31,766 nt of DNA from the IMG/VR virus record IMGVR_UViG_3300007540_000052, positions 1 through 31,766 of that record; one strand, 5' to 3'. This document shows, one piece after another, positions 26,815-31,766 of this stretch. Both the position numbers and the translations under genes were made by a program. How positions within the stretch are numbered: the stretch's first letter is position 1; each line of letters starts with the position of its first letter. The notes under the pieces were generated by a model. The model made no database searches. It was not told where the DNA came from and saw only the letters and a list, made by a program, of their open reading frames with translations. This DNA is from a virus. Its lineage: Duplodnaviria > Caudoviricetes.

Positions 26815-27879
26815 TTAAAGTAAGTCCTGATTTTTTGTGACCCACTCGCTGAACTTCTTGCTACTGAACGCCACTACCTGCTTGTTACTCTTAGCAATGT
26901 TGATACAAAACACCGCTTGCCACTCGGCTTCGAACCTATCTAAGTACTGCATGAACTTGTCAATGTTTTCCTTAGTGACTCGGGATATTGCACCGAACAC
27001 TATGACTGCACAAGCCCCGGGATCTACTGGTACTTGAGTAGTTGTAGGATTAGATACCATAGCTTCCCATACTGGTAACTGATCTGCGTATGTAACAAAC
27101 GCTTCCAACCCTCTAGCACCTGACTCGCCAAGCGTACCTGTTAACGCGCTGATCACCACCTCGTAATCTAGCTGATCACGTTTACTAACAATGTTAGATG
27201 CTGTCTCAAGTGAACGTGGGGTAACAAATGCTGTCTGTACTTTCTTAGGGTTAAAGATAAACGGATTGTCGCCCTGCCCACCATCTAAGTACGATGCCAA
27301 TACCTGAGGGAAACGCTGTACCCATGCACATACTTCAGGTGCTAGGTTGTTATCAATAGCCCATGACACCCAATCATCAGCGTTAGGCTTACCTACTGTT
27401 ACAGGCACAATGCGGTTACGGGTATGTGCTTTGAGGTTATCACCCACACCATCACTTGCCATGTTGCCCGTCATAAATATAATTGAATCAGGGTGCACAG
27501 GCACGTCACCTAGCCGTGGGTTAGTCTTCTCTAGCAGTGGGTGCAACATATTCTTCACGGGCTCTGCACCTTTGGGGAACTCATCGAGCATGATAAGTAC
27601 AGGCTTACCCGTATGCATATTGAACCTGCTGTTAGGGTAGTACTTAGTGGTCTTTGTTTCGTGATCGACCACAGGCATCGCTATGTCACCTAAGTCCATG
27701 TTGGGCACGTCTATGTACGACACCGCATGATCAGGGAACTGCTTGGACAGCTCTTTGAGTAACGAACTCTTACCAATCCCGGGCTCACCTTGCAACATGA
27801 ACCTATTTTCAGGGCACGCCGCAATTAACTTAGCCGCTTGCTTGAGTGTCACAGTCCTACCAAAATTTAATTCAGCCAT
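26815..27879 (-). CDS. MoxR-like AAA+ ATPase
   Basis: Walker A GEPGIGKS, Walker B MLDE, sensor TGN and TPRS motif; adjacent to the vWA gene. Confidence 0.88.
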   Translation of the reverse strand: MAELNFGRTVTLKQAAKLIAACPENRFMLQGEPGIGKSSLLKELSKQFPDHAVSYIDVPNMDLGDIAMPVVDHETKTTKYYPNSRFNMHTGKPVLIMLDEFPKGAEPVKNMLHPLLEKTNPRLGDVPVHPDSIIFMTGNMASDGVGDNLKAHTRNRIVPVTVGKPNADDWVSWAIDNNLAPEVCAWVQRFPQVLASYLDGGQGDNPFIFNPKKVQTAFVTPRSLETASNIVSKRDQLDYEVVISALTGTLGESGARGLEAFVTYADQLPVWEAMVSNPTTTQVPVDPGACAVIVFGAISRVTKENIDKFMQYLDRFEAEWQAVFCINIAKSNKQVVAFSSKKFSEWVTKNQDLL

Positions 27880-27958
27880 AATTTCCTCTCTGGGTTGTTC
27901 CTAACAAATGTTAGGTTTTTACTTCGGTTTGTGTTAACTACTACTCTACTATACTTAT

Positions 27959-27987
27959 ATTGTACCACATTGTTATGTATATGTCAA
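27959..27987 (-). promoter_or_regulatory. Early sigma70 promoter TTGACA-17-TACAAT (extended -10)
   Basis: -35 at 27982-27987 and -10 at 27959-27964, with TGn upstream; duplicated at 30826-30854. Confidence 0.85.
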
Positions 27988-28018
27988 GTGTGTACCATGT
28001 AACGATAGGCAAAGTTAT

Positions 28019-28915
28019 TTAAAACGCCCATGAATACCTATCCTTAATAACCTGCCCTGCGCTTACTTCCTTACACTCAAACACTTCTGCCTTGTGGTGC
28101 GCTAATATGCACTTGTCCAACGTGTTAAACGCTAACTGCTCAGTCGAACGCCATACATATGCTTCGCTACATATCATCACAGCCGCTTTGAACCGATCAG
28201 CAGGGTCATCACTTGCAATTAAGTTAAACAGGTTCTGCATATCCTCAGGTTTACTGAACACCATACTTGGTTTGTTAACTGTTCTGCTTGTATATGTATT
28301 ACCCATTTCACCGTAGGGTACTTCTTTAATTGTGAACCCAAATATTTCCTCTAACTCTTCAGTAGTAACCCTCGCACTCCCACGCAACTTTATAAACCCA
28401 CTCAAGAAATTTCTAAACTCTGAATACTTAGACCTAACAATGTTAGTTTCTTTACGCTTTATGGCATGCACAACCTGTGGTACGTGGTTAACTACTTCAT
28501 ACTTACTCTTCTCATCACGTTTTATAGTGATACCTTTTCTATTTACCCTATAACTACCTGTACCTAAACTTATAATCACGTCACCGTCAAAGATCTTGGC
28601 ATACACACCTAACACGTCGTATATAAACCCAGCCGCTGATACGCTTGTCCAGTACGGGCATAAGTACACCTCACCGTTAGGTCTGAATGTTATGCTTGCC
28701 ACTGGTCTACCGCTGTGGTATCCACACTCGTAACACAATATATCCCCAGTAGTTTTATCCTTGTCGATACTAAAGTGTGGTCTGTTCCTGTGCCCCAGTG
28801 GTCTGCACTCTACTTCACGCCCACGTATGGGTTTAGTTGTTTCGTACTTCTCTAGTGCTTGGGCATAATTACCTAAAAGATATATGCCGCTGTTGCGATA
28901 TTGTCCGTAACTCAT
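28019..28915 (-). CDS. Hypothetical early phage protein (298 aa)
   Basis: GGAGGAG SD and ATGA coupling. Confidence 0.8.
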   Translation of the reverse strand: MSYGQYRNSGIYLLGNYAQALEKYETTKPIRGREVECRPLGHRNRPHFSIDKDKTTGDILCYECGYHSGRPVASITFRPNGEVYLCPYWTSVSAAGFIYDVLGVYAKIFDGDVIISLGTGSYRVNRKGITIKRDEKSKYEVVNHVPQVVHAIKRKETNIVRSKYSEFRNFLSGFIKLRGSARVTTEELEEIFGFTIKEVPYGEMGNTYTSRTVNKPSMVFSKPEDMQNLFNLIASDDPADRFKAAVMICSEAYVWRSTEQLAFNTLDKCILAHHKAEVFECKEVSAGQVIKDRYSWAF

Positions 28916-29106
28916 AACTCCTCCTGTATTTGGTTGATAACTACTCTGTAACCTAATGTTTTGATGATCTGTATTTGATATGGGCTGAATGTCTTCGTGT
29001 TAGCTAACATCGCTAAACTCTGCGCCTTATCGCATGCAGGTTCTGGGTAAACTAAGTCCTTGCCATATACCCTCTTACGTACTACTGTAATATCCATATC
29101 ATTCAT
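28912..29106 (-). CDS. Hypothetical phage protein (VYG...YP...A..LA..KT family)
   Basis: GAGGAG SD following a palindrome copy. Confidence 0.75.
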   Translation of the reverse strand: MNDMDITVVRKRVYGKDLVYPEPACDKAQSLAMLANTKTFSPYQIQIIKTLGYRVVINQIQEEL

Positions 29107-29140
29107 TCGTTAGCTCCTCGTTTCTAACATTTGTTAGGTT

Positions 29141-29347
29141 TTACTTCCCTATATAACTAAAACAACCTACCCATTCTTTATAGTGGTGTTGATCTACTAC
29201 CCTTAACATCTCAGGCGCACCGTTGAATCTACGTATCACACATATTTCACCGTGTGTCAGTGAGGGTTTAGGTCTAACATCAGCCCATGTGAATGGGGTT
29301 GGTCTACTGCTTGTACGTAGTGTGCTATCTGCTTGTGCCATGTCCAT
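29141..29347 (-). CDS. Hypothetical early protein
   Basis: Bounded by palindrome copies; GAGGAGGAG SD. Confidence 0.7.
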   Translation of the reverse strand: MDMAQADSTLRTSSRPTPFTWADVRPKPSLTHGEICVIRRFNGAPEMLRVVDQHHYKEWVGCFSYIGK

Positions 29348-29401
29348 TACTCCTCCTCGTTTCTAACATTTGTTAGCCTAGCTCTGCTAGTCTTTTCTGG
29401 G

Positions 29402-29611
29402 TTAGGTTTTACTTATAGCGATTGATTGGTTGGCAAATGCTTTACGATCTAAATAAGATGGGCAGAACCCATACACCCCAGCGACCACACCCACAGCACT
29501 ATTAACAAACTCTCGGGTGTATTTATCTGTGGGTAAAAGCGATGTAGCCACATGCCCTGCCGTTGTAGTCACATGTGTGACCCATACAAACTTTAATTTT
29601 TTCGCCTTCAT
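29402..29611 (-). CDS. Hypothetical early protein
   Basis: Bounded by palindrome copies; GGAGAGAG SD. Confidence 0.7.
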   Translation of the reverse strand: MKAKKLKFVWVTHVTTTAGHVATSLLPTDKYTREFVNSAVGVVAGVYGFCPSYLDRKAFANQSIAISKT

Positions 29612-29642
29612 TTTCTCTCTCCGTTTCTAACATTTGTTAGGT

Positions 29643-29876
29643 TTAACTAGTCCGTTTCGGGTTTAACTGTTTAAGCATCTCAAGGTCTGTGATGAACATA
29701 TAATTGCTCTTGTTCATCGGTGCTATCGTGCGCTTAGCGGCTTTTTCTCGTGCTTGCAAGTCACCGCATGATAAGCATGTGCTGTAACCTAACTTGTATC
29801 GTGCTAGTGGTACATAACCACCAAAGCAACCAGTGCATAGATACCTACTGTCTTCGTTGTTAGAGTCCATGTTCAA
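29643..29876 (-). CDS. DksA/TraR-type C4 zinc-finger protein
   Basis: CTGC...VPLARYKLGYSTCLSC matches the C4 finger spacing with the P..R motif. Confidence 0.6.
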   Translation of the reverse strand: MNMDSNNEDSRYLCTGCFGGYVPLARYKLGYSTCLSCGDLQAREKAAKRTIAPMNKSNYMFITDLEMLKQLNPKRTS

Positions 29877-30045
29877 CCCTTATAAGATCTGCACAATGAC
29901 CGATTGCATCTATGCTGTACTTTTTTGACATGTAGTGCAATGCTTTCATTACATCAGGCTCATTGCGTAGATTTGTGTCTAAGGCAACCATCAACAACCG
30001 AATGATTATCCAGTCTTTCTTACTTACCATTTTGTGTTTCTTCAT
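29860..30045 (-). CDS. Hypothetical early protein
   Basis: GGAGAGAG SD following a palindrome copy. Confidence 0.7.
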   Translation of the reverse strand: MKKHKMVSKKDWIIIRLLMVALDTNLRNEPDVMKALHYMSKKYSIDAIGHCADLIRVEHGL

Positions 30046-30060
30046 TTTCTCTCTCCGTTT

Positions 30061-30243
30061 CTAACATTTGTTAGGTTTAACTTCACGCACGTCGTACAAC
30101 TTCCAACCACTACTACCTTCTACTTCTTCAAAATCGCCCGCATCAATTACCGTAGCTACTTCCCACGGGTCTTGGTCGTCTTCCACCTCGAACTCATATT
30201 TAAGAACAGCTGACATGGTTGCGTATGCAATATATTTCTTCAT
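30061..30243 (-). CDS. Acidic hypothetical early protein (start revised to MKKYIA)
   Basis: SD follows the palindrome at 30260-30273; its TAG stop is supplied by the next palindrome copy. Confidence 0.7.
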   Translation of the reverse strand: MKKYIAYATMSAVLKYEFEVEDDQDPWEVATVIDAGDFEEVEGSSGWKLYDVREVKPNKC

Positions 30244-30292
30244 TTTCTCTCTCCGTTTTCTAACATTTGTTAGGTTTTTAGCTTTTAGGTTT

Positions 30293-30466
30293 TTAGTGGG
30301 TATCAAAATATGTTTGGTTGATGATGCCGTGGGTCACATTGAACTCATTAAGATCAGAGCATGCGTCAAAGAACCCTAACTGGTACTGCGGGGAAGTGTC
30401 ATGGGTTGTCATGTTGATCACTTCGTTGAGCCTATCGGCATAGCCCTGCCTGTATGCATCTGTCAT
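30293..30466 (-). CDS. 57-aa hypothetical protein MTDAYRQGYAD...YFDTH (not in ORF track)
   Basis: Starts 1 nt after the upstream stop, with AAGGGG upstream, and fills the gap. Confidence 0.6.
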   Translation of the reverse strand: MTDAYRQGYADRLNEVINMTTHDTSPQYQLGFFDACSDLNEFNVTHGIINQTYFDTH

Positions 30467-30467
30467 T

Positions 30468-30749
30468 TTATTTTCCCCTTAGGAGTCCACTGCATTTAAC
30501 TAGGTACGAACCGTCATCACGATACTGCACAATGGCGGGGTAAATTATGGGTAGTGGCTTATCAGTTACCACACTAGCAATCCATGTAATACCATCGGGT
30601 ATCTCACACCCACCTACAGTACTCAACACGTCTAGGTTGTGCTTGGCAAATAATTCACGCCAATTTGGGTATAAGTTCTCAGGGTCTGCATCGTTACGGC
30701 AACCACTGACAGCCCTGCCTATTTCTGAATTAACTTCTTTTTCGTTCAC
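30468..30749 (-). CDS. Hypothetical early protein (first gene of the arm, GTG start)
   Basis: GGAGAGAG SD following the palindrome at 30765-30778. Confidence 0.7.
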   Translation of the reverse strand: MNEKEVNSEIGRAVSGCRNDADPENLYPNWRELFAKHNLDVLSTVGGCEIPDGITWIASVVTDKPLPIIYPAIVQYRDDGSYLVKCSGLLRGK

Positions 30750-30825
30750 TTCTCTCTCCGTTTCCTAACAAATGTTAGTTTTTGTTTAACTACAGGTATG
30801 TTTTTTATTTCTCTACTATACTTAT

Positions 30826-30854
30826 ATTGTACCACATTGTTATACATATGTCAA
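30826..30854 (-). promoter_or_regulatory. Early sigma70 promoter TTGACA-17-TACAAT
   Basis: -35 at 30849-30854 and -10 at 30826-30831. Confidence 0.85.
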
Positions 30855-30879
30855 GTCTAGAGCTTGAATTTGGGTGGTT

Positions 30880-31485
30880 TGTATTGTTATGCTTTTAATA
30901 CTTGATTTGTAATGTTATGTAATTTCCTAACATTTGTTAGGTTTTTGTATTGTTATGTTTTTTGTTGTTACTACTCTACTATACTTATAGTATACCACAA
31001 TGTTATGGGTTTGTCAAGTCCAGAGCTCGATTTGTAATGTTATGTTTTTGAGCACCGGTAATGTTATGTTTTAAGCAAAGTTGTAATGTTATGTAAATGG
31101 GGTAATGTTATGAAAAAGGGGGGTATTGTTATGTTTTTAAAAAATTACATAACAATACAAGTGCCGCATAAACAAAGGCTGAAAAGCATAACAATAGGGT
31201 ATTGTTATATTGTTATAGAAAAATAGAAAGAGTGATAACTTTATAAGTTTATTTGTATTGTTATGTGATTTGCTTTTCTCTTGCATGATGCTTCTTTTGC
31301 TCTCTGGAAAAGGCATGCACTACTCCCAAAACACATAACAATATAACATTACTTATTTATCAAGGACTTACAAGAAAAAAAACATAACAATACACATAAC
31401 AAAGCGAAATTACATAACATTAGGTAAAAACCTAACATTTGTTAGTTATCTGTACTACAATGTTATGTACTACAATGTTATGTTT
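30880..31485. repeat. Dense array of TGTTATG/CATAACA motifs in both orientations
   Basis: More than 15 copies, including inverted 12-bp arms at 31123-31134/31147-31158 and a 15-bp tandem duplication at 31451-31480. Confidence 0.9.
30989..31017 (-). promoter_or_regulatory. Early sigma70 promoter TTGACA-17-TATACT
   Basis: -35 at 31012-31017 and -10 at 30989-30994, with the same downstream ATAAGTATAGTAGAG as the other two early promoters. Confidence 0.85.
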
Positions 31486-31538
31486 ACGCTCTCGCTCTCG
31501 CTTGCACCTGTTCGCTTACGCTTGCGCTTGCGCTCAGG

Positions 31539-31683
31539 AACTATCACTACAAAACTATCACAAGAACTATCACCCTATAACTATCATAATAAATACAACC
31601 ACAAAAAATATAACTATCACTACATAACTATCACTACATAACTATCACTACAACTACAAAAAACTATCATTATGGAACTGTCA
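31539..31683. repeat. AACTATCA direct-repeat array (8 exact + 1 variant)
   Basis: Copies at 31539, 31553, 31565, 31579, 31612, 31626, 31640, 31662 and 31676 (variant), including 3x ataactatcactac. Confidence 0.9.
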
Positions 31684-31724
31684 CGAAAAGTAAATTTTTG
31701 TAAACAAAAAATAAAAATAAAAAG

Positions 31725-31766
31725 AAAAGCGAAAAGCGAAAAGCGAAAAGCGAAAAGCGAAAAGCG
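31725..31766. repeat. AAAAGCG tandem repeat x6, running off the window end
   Basis: Six exact 7-bp copies. Confidence 0.95.

Larger units (their letters stand above)
19435..31445. repeat. Dispersed palindrome CTAACA-W(W)-TGTTAG, 15 copies
   Basis: 14-bp copies start at 25005, 26799, 27901, 29124, 29363, 29627, 30061, 30260, 30765, 30927 and 31432. 13-bp copies start at 19435, 24207, 27185 and 28434. Confidence 0.95.

Noticed and set aside
29100-30300. CRISPR array interpretation of the regularly recurring palindrome, with the Cas4-like gene as a cas gene
   Set aside because: The intervals are about 200-430 bp, variable in length and contain whole ORFs with RBSs. The Cas4-like nuclease is a standard phage replication-module exonuclease, and there is no cas1 or cas2.
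30244-30306. N-terminal extension of ORF 30061..30306 (similar extensions at 15829, 20168, 21970, 22602, 25011)
   Set aside because: The extensions run through repeats, RBSs or neighbouring genes. Downstream ATGs with clear SD or coupling are better starts.
9588-30768. + strand ORFs antisense to the - strand arm
   Set aside because: They overlap well-supported, SD-led, translationally coupled - strand genes and show no motifs.
31350-31372. GTAAGTCCTTGATAAATAAG (- strand) as a possible att/dif-like recombination site
   Set aside because: It is a single copy with no match I can support to the dif consensus, and there is no recombinase in the window.
31439-31627. 62-aa + strand ORF in the end region
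   Set aside because: It is a translation of short DNA repeats (CTTML x2, NYH/TII) with no RBS.

Overview
This window is about 32 kb of a tailed dsDNA bacteriophage genome (podovirus-like organisation; a proteobacterial host is plausible but is only an inference). Three + strand genes (<1-9331) encode internal virion/DNA-ejection-type proteins, including a 2319-aa protein with a zincin HExxH motif. They converge at a terminator with a 21-kb - strand arm. That arm holds a replication module (AEP primase-DUF927 helicase, putative SSB, SNF2 helicase, HNH, Cas4-like exonuclease, DUF3310, family A DNA polymerase, VRR-NUC), many small early ORFs, a MoxR-AAA/vWA-metallopeptidase/DUF3150-like module, and a 1-kb repeat-dense non-coding region that probably lies near the genome end. 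The most striking unexplained signal is the palindrome CTAACA-W(W)-TGTTAG, found 15 times between 19.4 and 31.4 kb. Nine copies sit just before a ribosome-binding site, dividing the early region into cassette-like units, and three copies follow duplicated sigma70 promoters. Several likely genes are missing from the ORF track: an overprinted 59-aa ORF inside the giant virion gene, a secreted 6-Cys mini-protein, and other small ORFs. No integrase, tRNA, rRNA or CRISPR array was seen. All family assignments come from motif recognition, not database searches.
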